Source of the DNA: an uncultured Stakelama sp.
Lineage (GTDB): Bacteria; Pseudomonadota; Alphaproteobacteria; Sphingomonadales; Sphingomonadaceae
Direction: 5' to 3'
Assembly (NCBI GenBank): GCA_964390515.1
Contig: CAYMIU010000005.1
Location: 13,912-77,911 of the forward strand
Length of the DNA stretch: 64,000 nt
The position numbers and the translations under genes were made by a program. Below the pieces are notes generated by a model. The model saw only the letters and a program-made list of their open reading frames with translations. It searched no databases and was not told the DNA's origin. Below are positions 17,937 to 28,511 of the stretch, in pieces (the first letter of the stretch is position 1; every line of letters starts with the position of its first letter).

Positions 17937-20900
17937 ATGGCCACTGCCGCTCTTCACCTCGACGCTCCGACCAGTCCCGTGCCGCTCGTCGCACGCCGCC
18001 TTCTCGATTTCCTGCAAGCCGGTGAGAAGATCGACGCGCGCGTCCTGCGGGATTTGCTTGCCACAAGCACGCAGCGCTCTGCGGCCGATGGAGCATGGTC
18101 GATGCGTCACGCCTATGACGCGCTCGAGCTTGCCCAAGTGATGTGGCTCGGCGCGGGGCATGGTCCTGACCTGACCGATAGGGCCAGCGCGCTCGACGCC
18201 TTGATCGCATTCGGTGGCGCCCTGCCGACCCAGACGACCCGAACTGAAGACCAGCTTGCCTTCCAGCAGTTCTCGACGCCGGTCCCGATCGCCTGGCTGA
18301 TGAGCATCGCCGCAGAACTTCGCCCCTGTGACACGATCCTCGAACCCTCGGCCGGCACAGGCTTGCTGGCCTGGCCCGCCGCGCGGCTTGGCGCGTCTCT
18401 GGTCTTGAATGAACTTGATGCCGGCCGTCGGATCTGCCTCGAGGCGGCCTTTCCGCAGGCACCGGTGAGCGGCCACGACGGGGAGCTCATCGACGACCTG
18501 CTGCCCGCTGGTCTCGAGGCCGACGTCCTGCTCATGAACCCGCCGTTCGCCCGCTCCATCGGACGTCCGATTGATCGGCATGCTGCCGCGCGTCACCTCC
18601 TCGCCGCGCTGCGCCGGCTGAAGGCTGGCGGGCGCGCAGTCGCGGTCATGCCGACCTGGTTCGATAGCTCGGTGCTCGGACCGGACGTGAGCGTCCTGTT
18701 GGACGCCGTTCTGGCGCGCGGCCTCTACAGCAAGCACGGCACCGGCCTTGCCGTCCGCATGCTGGTGCTCGACAAGCTGCCCGCGTCAGCCATGCGTTGC
18801 CAGCCGCAGGATGCGCCTGACCTCATCACGCTGCTCGACCTCGTCCAGCAGCTGCCCTTCCGCGCCCAACCGGTCCCGCCCCCACCACCGCCCTCGCCTC
18901 GCGCGCGGCTGTCGCTCTTCCAGCGGCAGCCACCGCACCCCGCCGTGCCGCAGATCCGGCCTCCGTCAGGCCATATGGCCGGTGAGCAGCCGCTCGAGGT
19001 TATCGCGCTCGACGAGCCCGCGCCGGTCGGCGAGCCGGCCGGCATCTACCTGCCCTGGCGCGCGAGCCGCATGCGCCTGCCCGGGGCCGCCGAACATCCC
19101 ACGCCACTGGTCGAGTCGCTTGCCATGGGTTCGATCGCGGCGCCCAAGCCCACCCATGTGCCGATGCTGCCTGTCCGAACGGTGGCCGACGGCATCCTCT
19201 CGGCGGCGCAGCTTGAGACGCTCGTCTATGCCGGCGCCGCCTTCGAACGCGACCTGCCCGGCCGCTTCCTGCCCAGGGACAAAGGCGCCGCGCTAGAGCC
19301 CGCAGAGCAGGGGCGAGCCTACGCAAGGGGCTTCTACCTCGGGGACGGCACGGGCGCCGGCAAGGGCCGTCAGGTCGCGGGCATCATCCTGGACCAGTGG
19401 CTGCGCGGCCGCCGCCGCCACATCTGGTTCAGCAAGAACGAGGCGCTGCTCGAGGATGCACGGCGCGACTGGACGGCGGTCGGCGGCGTCGCGCTCGACG
19501 TGCAGCCGCTCTCCGCCTGGAAGCTGGGCACGGACGTGACCCTCGACGCCGGCATCCTGTTCGTGACCTATCCGACGCTCCGTTCGGGCCGGGAGGAGGC
19601 GACACGGCTCCGCCAGCTCCTCAACTGGGCGGGTGACGCGTTCGATGGCGTGATCGCCTTCGACGAGGCGCATGCCCTGGCCAATGCCGTCGGCGGCGAG
19701 GGCTCGCGCGGGCGGGTGAAAGGCTCCGAGCAGGGGATTGCCGGCCTGCGCCTCCAGAACCTGCTGCCCCGCGCCCGCGTGTTGTACGTCTCGGCGACCG
19801 GCGCGTCCGATGTCGCCAATCTAAGCTACGCGACGCGGCTCGGCCTCTGGGGACCCGGCACCGCCTTCGCGGATCGCGACGCGTTCGTCTCAGGCGTGCG
19901 GCAGGGCGGCATCGCGGCAATGGAGCTCGTCGCCCGCGATCTGAAGGCGCTCGGCCTCTACACCGCCCGCGCGCTGTCCTTTGCCGGTGTCGAATACGAT
20001 CTGCTGGAGCACCGGCTCACGCCCGAGCAGATCGCGACCTATGACGCTTATGCCGAGGCTTGGGCGATCATCCATCGGAACCTGACCGCCGCACTCGAGG
20101 CGACGCGGGTCGTCGACAGCATCACCGGCTCGACCCTCAACGCCAACGCGAAGTCCGCCGCGCTCTCCCGCTTCGAGAGCATCAAGCAGCGCTTCTTTGC
20201 GCAGCTGCTCCTCTCGGCCAAGCTGCCGAGCCTGCTGCCGGCGATCGAGCAGGATCTCGGCCGCGGCGAAGCGGTTGTGGTCCAGCTTGTCTCCACTGCC
20301 GAAGCCATGCTGGGCCGCCGTCTCGCCGATCTCAGCCCCGAGGAGCTTGAAAGTCTCGAGATCGACCTCTCGCCGCGGGAATATGTCGTCGACTATCTGC
20401 TCGGCGCCTTTCCCACCCGACAGATGCGCGTCTTCACCGATGCAGACGGCAACACGCGCTCCGAGCCGATGAGCGATGATCAAGGCCATCCAGTCCACTG
20501 CCGGGAAGCCGAGGCGGCGCGCGATACTCTTGTCGAGCAGCTCTGTGCACTACCGCCGATCGCAACCGCGCTCGACGCCATCATTGAGCGGTTCGGCGTC
20601 GACGCCGTGGCGGAGGTGACCGGCCGGACCCGCCGGCTGGTGATCGGCTCGGACGGTGCCCAGCGCATCGAGCGCCGCAGTCAGCGCGCAAACCTCGCCG
20701 AAGCGCAGGCCTTCATGGACGGGACGAAGATGCTGCTCGTCTTCAGCGACGCCGGCGGCACCGGACGCAGTTACCATGCCTGTCTGAGGGCGAAGAACCA
20801 GGCGCGCCGGATCCATTATCTGCTCGAGCCCGGTTGGCGGGCGGATGCCGCGATCCAGGGTCTCGGACGCACCCACCGCAGCGCGCAAGCGTCTGCCCCA

Positions 20901-22148
20901 CTGTTCCGGCCGGTGACGACCGACGTCAAGGGAGAGCGGCGCTTCATCTCGACCATCGCGCGCCGTCTCGACACGCTAGGTGCCCTCACACGCGGCCAGC
21001 GCCAGACCGGTGGCCAGAACCTTTTCAACCCGGCCGACAATCTCGAGAGCGCCTATGCCAAGGACGCGCTCACCGCCTGGTATCGACTGCTCTTCGCGGG
21101 CAAGCTGCAGTCGACCACGCTGGGCGACTTCCAGGAACGCTCGGGCCTCATGCTGGAAGCCGAAGGCGGAGGGTTGCGCGAGGACCTGCCGCCGATCCAG
21201 CGCTGGCTCAACCGGCTGCTGGCATTCCCCATCGCGCTCCAGAACGCGATCTTCGACGAGTATCTCGGGCTGGTCGAGGCGCGCGTCGATGCAGCGCGCG
21301 AGGCCGGCACGCTTGACCTTGGCGTCGAGACCCTGCCGGTCGAACATGTTCGCATCGTCCATGATACGCTGCTGCGGACCGATCCGGCGAGCGGGGCCGA
21401 GACTCACCTCCTTGAACTCGCACTGACCCGGCGCCCGCGTCCACTCACCCTCGCGGCCGCGCTGCGCTTGAGCGACAGCGGCAGGAGCAGCCTGCTCGTC
21501 AACACCCGCTCGGGCCGGGCGGCCGTGCGACGCGACGGACGCAGTCTCCTCACCGAAGATGGCCAACTGCAGCGGCGGCACGAGCTCATCCGCCCGCTGA
21601 AGCGCGACCATATCGCGACCGATCGCCTCGCCGAGACCAGCTGGATGGAAGCGAGCCGCGGTGCCTTCGAGCGCGCTTGGGCTGACGAGGTGGACGAGGC
21701 CCTCGCCTCGACATCGACCGAGACCCTGTTCCTCGCGACAGGGCTGCTGCTGCCGATCTGGAACGTCCTGCCGGACGATCATGTCCAGGTGCTTCGCATC
21801 GTCGATCAGGAAGGCCAGTCTTTGCTTGGACGCGAGGTCCCGACGCTCGCGCTTCCGGAGCTTGGGCGCCGGCTGGGTCTCGATCTCGACCGAGCGCTCG
21901 ATCCGGCGCTGATTGCCAGCGCGGTGCTCGAGACCGGCCGACCCTGCCCGCTTCATGGGGCTACCGGACTGACGCTCAAGCGCGCGCTGGTCGGCGGTGA
22001 GCGGCGACTGGAACTCGCAGGCGCCGAGGCGGGACGTCTGCCCGAGTACAAGGCGCTCGGCTGCTTCACCGAGATCATCCGCTACCAGACCCGCCTCTTC
22101 GTTCCGCTCCATCGTGCCGACGAGATCCTCGTCCGACTGGCCGCTTGA
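17937..22148 (+). CDS. Methyltransferase - strawberry-notch/SF2 helicase fusion
   Basis: ILEPSAGTG and MNPPF N6-MTase motifs; GDGTGAGKG, FDEAH, QGLGRTHR helicase motifs. Confidence 0.9.
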   Translation: MATAALHLDAPTSPVPLVARRLLDFLQAGEKIDARVLRDLLATSTQRSAADGAWSMRHAYDALELAQVMWLGAGHGPDLTDRASALDALIAFGGALPTQTTRTEDQLAFQQFSTPVPIAWLMSIAAELRPCDTILEPSAGTGLLAWPAARLGASLVLNELDAGRRICLEAAFPQAPVSGHDGELIDDLLPAGLEADVLLMNPPFARSIGRPIDRHAAARHLLAALRRLKAGGRAVAVMPTWFDSSVLGPDVSVLLDAVLARGLYSKHGTGLAVRMLVLDKLPASAMRCQPQDAPDLITLLDLVQQLPFRAQPVPPPPPPSPRARLSLFQRQPPHPAVPQIRPPSGHMAGEQPLEVIALDEPAPVGEPAGIYLPWRASRMRLPGAAEHPTPLVESLAMGSIAAPKPTHVPMLPVRTVADGILSAAQLETLVYAGAAFERDLPGRFLPRDKGAALEPAEQGRAYARGFYLGDGTGAGKGRQVAGIILDQWLRGRRRHIWFSKNEALLEDARRDWTAVGGVALDVQPLSAWKLGTDVTLDAGILFVTYPTLRSGREEATRLRQLLNWAGDAFDGVIAFDEAHALANAVGGEGSRGRVKGSEQGIAGLRLQNLLPRARVLYVSATGASDVANLSYATRLGLWGPGTAFADRDAFVSGVRQGGIAAMELVARDLKALGLYTARALSFAGVEYDLLEHRLTPEQIATYDAYAEAWAIIHRNLTAALEATRVVDSITGSTLNANAKSAALSRFESIKQRFFAQLLLSAKLPSLLPAIEQDLGRGEAVVVQLVSTAEAMLGRRLADLSPEELESLEIDLSPREYVVDYLLGAFPTRQMRVFTDADGNTRSEPMSDDQGHPVHCREAEAARDTLVEQLCALPPIATALDAIIERFGVDAVAEVTGRTRRLVIGSDGAQRIERRSQRANLAEAQAFMDGTKMLLVFSDAGGTGRSYHACLRAKNQARRIHYLLEPGWRADAAIQGLGRTHRSAQASAPLFRPVTTDVKGERRFISTIARRLDTLGALTRGQRQTGGQNLFNPADNLESAYAKDALTAWYRLLFAGKLQSTTLGDFQERSGLMLEAEGGGLREDLPPIQRWLNRLLAFPIALQNAIFDEYLGLVEARVDAAREAGTLDLGVETLPVEHVRIVHDTLLRTDPASGAETHLLELALTRRPRPLTLAAALRLSDSGRSSLLVNTRSGRAAVRRDGRSLLTEDGQLQRRHELIRPLKRDHIATDRLAETSWMEASRGAFERAWADEVDEALASTSTETLFLATGLLLPIWNVLPDDHVQVLRIVDQEGQSLLGREVPTLALPELGRRLGLDLDRALDPALIASAVLETGRPCPLHGATGLTLKRALVGGERRLELAGAEAGRLPEYKALGCFTEIIRYQTRLFVPLHRADEILVRLAA

Positions 22149-22210
22149 TTGGACGAGCCGCTCGACAGGAAAAGGCTCACGATCTATTTAGGTGTTACCA
22201 CTAGAAAGTA

Positions 22211-22450
22211 ATGCAGATGGAACGCGCAATTACCGCCAGCGACGCCAACCAGCGCTTCTCCGAACTGCTCCGCGAGGTGCAGGACGGCGAGACTTTCATC
22301 GTGACGTCGCGCGGCCGGCCTGTCGCGAAGATGGTCCCGGTCGACGATCTCGACCGGCAGGCGCCCGCGATCGACGCCTTGCTCGCGCATGTCGAGGCGC
22401 TGCCTCGCCGCTCGCTCAGCGGCTGGACGCGCGAGGACCTCTACGAGTGA
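22211..22450 (+). CDS. Phd/YefM-type antitoxin
   Basis: ITASDANQRFSELLREVQDGETFIVTSRGRPVAKMVP. Confidence 0.88.
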   Translation: MQMERAITASDANQRFSELLREVQDGETFIVTSRGRPVAKMVPVDDLDRQAPAIDALLAHVEALPRRSLSGWTREDLYE

Positions 22451-22905
22451 CCCGGGTCGCGTTCGACACCAACATCCTCGCCTATGTCGCCGGCGTCGAT
22501 CGTCACCCGGACGACGCCGCCAAGATCGACGCGTCGCGAACGCTGCTGAAGCAATTGCGTGGCCGAGCCTCCCTGCTCGTGCCCGTCCAGGTCATCGGCG
22601 AACTGTTCGTCGTCCTCACGAAAGCCGGGGCCAGCCGTGCGGACGCACGAGCGACCGTGCTGCGGATGACCGAGGCGTTCGGCAGCGCCGACAGCAGCGC
22701 TCCGGCGCTCTTCTCCGCGCTCGACCTCGTTGCTGCGCACCAGCTGCAGTTCTGGGACGCACTGATCCTCAACGCCGCGGCCCAGGCGGGGTGCACCCTG
22801 CTTCTCTCCGAGGACATGAGCAGCGGCTTCACCTGGCGCGGCGTAACGGTGCTGAACCCGCTCACGCCCGTGCCGGATGACCGGCTGGCTCGGCTAATCG
22901 CCTGA
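22447..22905 (+). CDS. PIN-domain toxin
   Basis: VAFDTNIL..VIGEL..LQFWDALI..LLLSEDM; GTGA overlap with the antitoxin. Confidence 0.88.
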   Translation: MTRVAFDTNILAYVAGVDRHPDDAAKIDASRTLLKQLRGRASLLVPVQVIGELFVVLTKAGASRADARATVLRMTEAFGSADSSAPALFSALDLVAAHQLQFWDALILNAAAQAGCTLLLSEDMSSGFTWRGVTVLNPLTPVPDDRLARLIA

Positions 22906-22986
22906 CGGCAGAAGAAGAGGAAAGGCTGGCGCCGGGCAGGTGAGCCTCAGGTGCAATCGGGCACCGGGGCTCACGGAGCCTGTCCC

Positions 22987-25005
22987 ATGATCCAGACCAT
23001 CCCGCTCAACAAGCTCGTTCCCTCGAAGCGCAACGTCCGGCGACGCAGCGACGAGGTGGCTGACCTCCAGCTTCGCGCCGATATAGAGGCGCGCGGTCTG
23101 CTGCAGAACCTGATCGTCACCGCCAACAAGAAGCCGCGGGGCACCTTCGCGGTGGAAGCCGGCGGTCGGCGGCACGCGGCGCTCAAGGCGCTGGCGGAGG
23201 CCGGCACGCTCGCCGCCGATGTCGAGATCCCCTGCCTCGTGCTCGATGACCTCGGCAGCGCTGTCTCCGAGGCAAGCCTCGCCGAGAATTTCCAGAAGCT
23301 CGCGCTTAACCCTGCCGACGAGTGCCTCGCCTTTCAGCACTTCATCGAGCAGGGCTCCGACGTCGAGGGGATCGCGCGCCGCTTCGGCGTGACGGTCCGT
23401 TTCGTCGAGGGCCGTCTTCGCCTCGCCAGTCTGGCCCCGGTCGTCTTCCAGGCGCTCGCCGACGGCGAGATCACGCTTGACGTCGCCAAGGCCTATGCCT
23501 CGACACCCGACCGCGAGCGGCAGGCGCACGTCTTCGACCAGATGAGCCGCGGCTATGGTGGTGCACACCCCGACAGCGTGCGCCGCATGATGACGCAAGC
23601 GACCGTCTCGGCCAGCGATCCGCGCGCGCGACTGGTCGGCGAGGACGCCTATCTCGCGGCCGGTGGCCGGATCGACCGTGACCTGTTCGCCGACGACAGC
23701 TCCACCCGCTGGCTCGACATCGCCATTCTCGAACGGCTCGCCAGCGAGAAGATGGAAGAGACCGCCGCGGCGCTCGCCGCCGAGACCGGTTTCGCCTGGG
23801 TGCGCCCGACCCTCGACCGCTACGTCGACTGGCAGCAGACCGAGGGTCTCACCCGCGTCGATCTGCCGGCGCCGGAGCTCTCGGACGCCGAACAGAGCCA
23901 GGTCGCCGAGCTCGAAGCCCAGGCGGCTGAGCGGGTCGGGGTGCTCGAAGATGAAGAGAGCAGCGAGGCGGACCGGGCAATTGCCGAGGCCGAACTCGAG
24001 GCGCTGGAGAAGGCGATCGAGACGATCACGGACAAGGCGCCGGTGCTGCCTGACGAGCTGCGGCCGAGCGTCGGCGCGTTCCTCGTGCTCGGCCCCGATG
24101 GCGCGCCGAGGCTCCACCAGACGCTCTACGCCGATCGGCCGGACGTGGCTGGTGTCGACGAGATCGAGGCGGCCGGTGATGCCGATGCGGATGCTCCGGC
24201 GCGCGTCGTCGGCCTCTCGCAGCGCCTGACCGACGAGCTCGCGATCCAGCGTCGTGATATCCTCGCCGTCCATGTCGCGGCAGACCCCGACTTCGCGCTC
24301 GACCTCGCCATCTTCCTGATGGTCGATCGTTCGCCCGCTCGCGGGACGGTGCGCTACGGGTCGACGCTGAGCGCCCGTGCGCCGCAGGAGCCGGTCATCG
24401 GCTTCCGCACGCCCGAGGCGGCGGCGACGCTCGCCCGCAACGAGGCCGATGAGCGCCTCGAGCGCAGCTGGATCAGGCACGAGACGGTCGAAGCGCGCTT
24501 CGACGCCTTCCGCATGCTCGAACCCGAGCAGCGCGCCGCCTGGCTGGGAAACGCGGTCGCGGGCTCTCTCGAAGCGAGTGTCGGCGGGATCGGCGCAAGT
24601 CTCTGCCGCTTCCATGATCACCTGGGAACCCTGCTCGACATCGACACCGCCGCATGGTGGCGGCCGACCGCCGCCAACTTCTTCGACAAGGTGACCAAGC
24701 CGGTGATGTTCGAGACCTTGGAGCAGATCGACGGCCCGGCCCTCGCCGCGCGCTACGCGAGCGCCAAGAAGGCCGATCTCGCCGCAACCTGCGAGCGCAT
24801 CTGCGCCGGAGACTTCATCGGCGAGGTCGGTACCAAGGCGGCGGCCCGGGCGTGGCTGCCCGCTGCGATGCGCTTCGCGGCGGACGCGAGCGAGGCCAAA
24901 GCGGCGCCCCGACCCACAGATGTGGACGGGCTGGTGGCCGGCGATGAGCAGAAGGCGGATGCGCTCGATGAACCTGTTAGTGCCGAGCCTCGCGCTGCAG
25001 CCTGA
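22987..25005 (+). CDS. parB: ParB/Spo0J-like protein with long C-terminal extension
   Basis: IPLNKLVPSKRNVRR..GLLQNLIV..AGGRRHAAL..SLAENFQK. Confidence 0.88.
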   Translation: MIQTIPLNKLVPSKRNVRRRSDEVADLQLRADIEARGLLQNLIVTANKKPRGTFAVEAGGRRHAALKALAEAGTLAADVEIPCLVLDDLGSAVSEASLAENFQKLALNPADECLAFQHFIEQGSDVEGIARRFGVTVRFVEGRLRLASLAPVVFQALADGEITLDVAKAYASTPDRERQAHVFDQMSRGYGGAHPDSVRRMMTQATVSASDPRARLVGEDAYLAAGGRIDRDLFADDSSTRWLDIAILERLASEKMEETAAALAAETGFAWVRPTLDRYVDWQQTEGLTRVDLPAPELSDAEQSQVAELEAQAAERVGVLEDEESSEADRAIAEAELEALEKAIETITDKAPVLPDELRPSVGAFLVLGPDGAPRLHQTLYADRPDVAGVDEIEAAGDADADAPARVVGLSQRLTDELAIQRRDILAVHVAADPDFALDLAIFLMVDRSPARGTVRYGSTLSARAPQEPVIGFRTPEAAATLARNEADERLERSWIRHETVEARFDAFRMLEPEQRAAWLGNAVAGSLEASVGGIGASLCRFHDHLGTLLDIDTAAWWRPTAANFFDKVTKPVMFETLEQIDGPALAARYASAKKADLAATCERICAGDFIGEVGTKAAARAWLPAAMRFAADASEAKAAPRPTDVDGLVAGDEQKADALDEPVSAEPRAAA

Positions 25006-25029
25006 CGTTTCTTTATCGAACACCCCTGC

Positions 25030-25060
25030 GGGGCGGCCTTCCGCGAGGTCGCCCCCTTTT
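25030..25060 (+). terminator. Intrinsic terminator after parB
   Basis: GGGGCGGCCT-TCCGCG-AGGTCGCCCC then CTTTT. Confidence 0.6.
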
Positions 25061-25136
25061 CTCGCGGGCACCTCCGAAGAGAAAAGGCGGCTGGCGCCGG
25101 GGCGAGCCGATCCGGCTCGTCAGAAGGAGATGCGCG

Positions 25137-26057
25137 ATGCGCCAGTATCGATCCGACAATGTTCCGGCGAACCCTGCCGAGACGATCACCCAGGCCATTA
25201 TCGAGCGGCTCGAAGCGGGTGTCCGACCGTGGCGACAACCTTGGACAGGTGGCCCCGTTTCGCGCCCCTTGCGGGTCTGTGGCACGCCCTACCGGGGCGC
25301 CAACGTCATCTGGCTCTGGATGGCGGCGCAGGCGCGCGGCTATGCCTCTCCGACCTGGATGACCTACCATCAGGCGCAGCTTCTCGGTGGGCAGGTCCGC
25401 AGGGGCGAGCGCGGCACGGTCGCCATCTTCTACAAGAGCTATACCAAGGAGGTCGAGAATCCGGGCACGGGCGAGCGCGAGGACGAGGCCCGGCGCGTGC
25501 TCAAGAGCTTCACCGTGTTCAATGTCGACCAGATCGACGGCCTGCCCGAACGGTTCGCTCCTGTCCTGACGCCGCTGCCCGAACCCGACGAACGCGACCG
25601 CTCAATCGGCGCGTGGTTCGCGTCCGTGCCGGCGCGGCTCCGACATGGCGGGGGCGAGGCCTATTACATGCCGTCGACCGACGAAATCACCATGCCCGAC
25701 GTCGCGTCGTTCCGCAGCCGCGACCAGTATCGGGCGACGCTCGCGCACGAGATGGCGCACTGGACGGGGCATGCGACCCGGCTCGATCGCGCGCTCGGCA
25801 ACCGCTTCGGGAGCGACGCCTATGCCATGGAGGAGCTCGTGGCTGAGCTTGCCTCGGCGATGGTCGGGGCCGCCTTGGGATTGCCGGTCGATCATCTCGA
25901 CGATCATGCAAGCTACCTCGCGTCCTGGCTCAAGGTTCTCAAGACCGACAGCCGCGCGATCCTGACCGCCGCCGCCAAGGCCGAGGAAGCCAGCGCCTTC
26001 TTGCTCGCCTTCCAGCCCGAAACGCAGCCGGTCGAACCGGCGCTGCTCGCCGCCTGA
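25137..26057 (+). CDS. ardC: ArdC antirestriction / ssDNA-binding protein
   Basis: ITQAIIERLEAGVRPWRQPW, YRGAN, WMTYHQA, FNVDQ, LAHEMAHWTG, YAMEELVAE, HASYLASWLKVL. Confidence 0.93.
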   Translation: MRQYRSDNVPANPAETITQAIIERLEAGVRPWRQPWTGGPVSRPLRVCGTPYRGANVIWLWMAAQARGYASPTWMTYHQAQLLGGQVRRGERGTVAIFYKSYTKEVENPGTGEREDEARRVLKSFTVFNVDQIDGLPERFAPVLTPLPEPDERDRSIGAWFASVPARLRHGGGEAYYMPSTDEITMPDVASFRSRDQYRATLAHEMAHWTGHATRLDRALGNRFGSDAYAMEELVAELASAMVGAALGLPVDHLDDHASYLASWLKVLKTDSRAILTAAAKAEEASAFLLAFQPETQPVEPALLAA

Positions 26058-26126
26058 TCCCACCCACATTGCCGCCGCGGACGCACCCACCGGGTGCCAC
26101 GGCGGCGCTCGTCCGGAGTTCACACC

Positions 26127-26771
26127 ATGACCTATGATGTCGGCTACCGCTTCTCGCAGGCCCTCGATCCGAGCGGCCTCGACACGATTGCCGCCTGCCT
26201 TCACCCCATCCGGGCAGCGGCTAAGGACTGCCGCAACGCCGGCAAGCCGTTCGAGACCGATCCCGCTGTGGTCCTGCTCGCGCAGCATCTCGGAAGCGTC
26301 GCCACAAGCGCCATGCCCGACCGGGCGGCGCTTCGCTCGCTCTGCGGTGACGCGCTTGGCGAGATCGCACGCACGCCGCTGCTCGTACTGCTGGCGACGA
26401 GGGGCGTGTCCTACGATGCCGATGCCAAGCGTACCTTCCATACCGAAGCGCGGCGGGCGCTGCGGCGTCTCGCAGGCGAACTGCAACTGCCGGCAAAGAG
26501 CTTCGACATCCGCGTGTGCGAAGGTGGCCCCGCCGTCTCCGGCGAGGTCATTCTCCATGCGGATGAGCTTTACGTCCAGGTCTCGATCGGCGGCTATGGC
26601 GGCGGCGAGATCCTGTTCCGCCGCTGCCGCGGCCGATCCGATTACTGCGGCGAACGCAACCATTGGGCCCGGATGCCCGCCCTGCTCGATCCATCCAGTT
26701 TGGCCCGTCGGATGGCGCACGAGCTGGGCCTTGCGCTGACGGTGGAAGACCAGCCGCGGCTGGTCGCATGA
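26127..26771 (+). CDS. Conserved-looking hypothetical leading-region protein
   Basis: SD GGAG, ATG 26127; GGPAVSGEVILH motif typical of plasmid hypotheticals. Confidence 0.7.
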   Translation: MTYDVGYRFSQALDPSGLDTIAACLHPIRAAAKDCRNAGKPFETDPAVVLLAQHLGSVATSAMPDRAALRSLCGDALGEIARTPLLVLLATRGVSYDADAKRTFHTEARRALRRLAGELQLPAKSFDIRVCEGGPAVSGEVILHADELYVQVSIGGYGGGEILFRRCRGRSDYCGERNHWARMPALLDPSSLARRMAHELGLALTVEDQPRLVA

Positions 26772-26942
26772 CGGTGGCTGAGCGTCGCGAAGGACCCCGG
26801 CATGCGGCGCCAAAGGCCCTCTACCCGCCGGCGGTGCGTGCGCAACCCGCCCGCCTTGTCGGGGGGTGGCGCCCGCCCCTGATGCCGACGGGCGGGAGGG
26901 CGCGTCGCCGCACTTGCGCGGCGTCGTCACTGGAGACCTCTC

Positions 26943-27911
26943 ATGTCCACCACTCTTGCCGCCCAGCTCGCTGCGCTCGAACTCGGCCACCTGTCCATCC
27001 GCGCAGACGCCGGCACTAGCAACCGCAACCCGCTCGAGCCGGATGCTATCGACCAGACGCTGGCGGCGGTCTGGTCCGACCTGTTCGGACTGTTCACCGA
27101 TACCATCCTCGAGAACCAGGCCGAGGAACTTGGCTGGGGCGTGGTCAACCTCTTCCACCGCGCTGCCGCCAAGGCCTCGACCCGGATCGATCGCGCGACC
27201 GATGAAATTCGGCTGCTGCTCGCGACCAACGACGGCTCGGAAGTCCACAGCACCGAACTGGAGGAGCAGGTCGAGCGCGCCCAGGCAGCCGAAGGCGAGA
27301 TGCTGGCGCTCGAGGCGCTGCGCGAGACGGCTGCCGCTCTCTATCTGGCCGAGACCGGATCGTCGTGGCGGCCTGCTGGCGGGTCGCGCCTCAGCCATGA
27401 TGCGCTCACCACATCGGCGGTCGTGCAGGGGCGCGAGTTCCTCAAGGCACGCGCCGAGGGAAAGCGCCGCGCGGCGATGCCGCAGGGTACCCCGATCCTT
27501 TTCGCCGGCGGTCGACTGACCTTCAGCTCGACCGACGACGCGAAGGCCTATGGCGATGCGATCTGGCAGACGCTCGACCGCGTTCGCGCCAATGTCGGCG
27601 AAATGGTCCTCGTCCACGGCGGTGATGGCAAGGGCGCCGATCGCCTGGCGGCATCCTGGGCCGAACGGCATAAGGTGCCGCAGATCAGCTTCAGCCTCGA
27701 CACGCGCCTCGGTGCCCGTGCCGGGTTCCGGCGCAACGAGCAGATGCTCGATCTGAAACCCCGCTACGTCGTTGCCTTTGCCGGCAACGGCGTTCTCGAA
27801 CGCCTCGTCATTCAGGCCAAGGAGCGCGGAATTTCGGTGGTCGATCGGCGTGGCCCGCTCGGCACGAACCCCAAGCAGCATGCCCGAGCCCATGCGGCCA
27901 GCCACTGCTGA
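26943..27911 (+). CDS. DUF2493 (YspA/SLOG-like) domain protein
   Basis: ILFAGGR..VLVHGG..GADRLAASWA..GFRRNEQML..VVAFAGNG. Confidence 0.82.
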   Translation: MSTTLAAQLAALELGHLSIRADAGTSNRNPLEPDAIDQTLAAVWSDLFGLFTDTILENQAEELGWGVVNLFHRAAAKASTRIDRATDEIRLLLATNDGSEVHSTELEEQVERAQAAEGEMLALEALRETAAALYLAETGSSWRPAGGSRLSHDALTTSAVVQGREFLKARAEGKRRAAMPQGTPILFAGGRLTFSSTDDAKAYGDAIWQTLDRVRANVGEMVLVHGGDGKGADRLAASWAERHKVPQISFSLDTRLGARAGFRRNEQMLDLKPRYVVAFAGNGVLERLVIQAKERGISVVDRRGPLGTNPKQHARAHAASHC

Positions 27912-27918
27912 TCCTATC

Positions 27919-27942
27919 GGAGCGTGGCTTCGGCCACGCTCC
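27919..27942. terminator. Perfect hairpin between convergent DUF2493 and NUDIX genes
   Basis: GGAGCGTGGC-TTCG-GCCACGCTCC. Confidence 0.7.
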
Positions 27943-27945
27943 TCA

Positions 27946-28443
27946 CTATCTACCGTGAGCGGCTCGTTGGCGTGCCTTACCCGCTGCGATCCATTGCTCG
28001 AAAGCGCGCAAAACCTGGCGCAACTGAGCGTCCCTGACGACCCGTCGGGCACTTGCCAGCGTGAACCAGGATCGCTCCCGCTGGTGTCGTTCCGGCCAGT
28101 CCACCAGCTCCGCCTCGACCTCGAGTGCAAACGCTTCAATCCTCACGTCAGCGACGAACCCGAGGACCGAGCGGCCCGGCTGACGATATCGTCCGATCGC
28201 GTCAGGCACGATGCGGCCGGTCACGCCGGCCTCTTCGAGAGCTTCCCGTCCCGCGGATTGCGCCGCATCCAGACCGCGCCCGATCTTGCCCTTGGGCAGG
28301 ATCCAGCGCCGGCGTGTTCGCGACGTGACGAGCAGGACCGAGACGCTTCCGGTCGGCTCGATGCGGTAGGGGATTGCGGCAGACTGGAGCGTCACGGGTC
28401 TCGGAAAAGCAGCGGCATTGATGCCGCATACAGCACGATGCAA
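27946..28443 (-). CDS. NUDIX hydrolase
   Basis: LLVTSR..WILPKG..AGREALEEAG Nudix box (first Glu replaced), WPE..R.W. Confidence 0.85.
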   Translation of the reverse strand: MHRAVCGINAAAFPRPVTLQSAAIPYRIEPTGSVSVLLVTSRTRRRWILPKGKIGRGLDAAQSAGREALEEAGVTGRIVPDAIGRYRQPGRSVLGFVADVRIEAFALEVEAELVDWPERHQRERSWFTLASARRVVRDAQLRQVLRAFEQWIAAGKARQRAAHGR

Positions 28444-28511
28444 CCGGCTGCTCCACCGCTTTGATGTCGCCCGCTTTCCTACACGCCGGTCAGCCCCTTA
28501 ATGCCCGCGGC

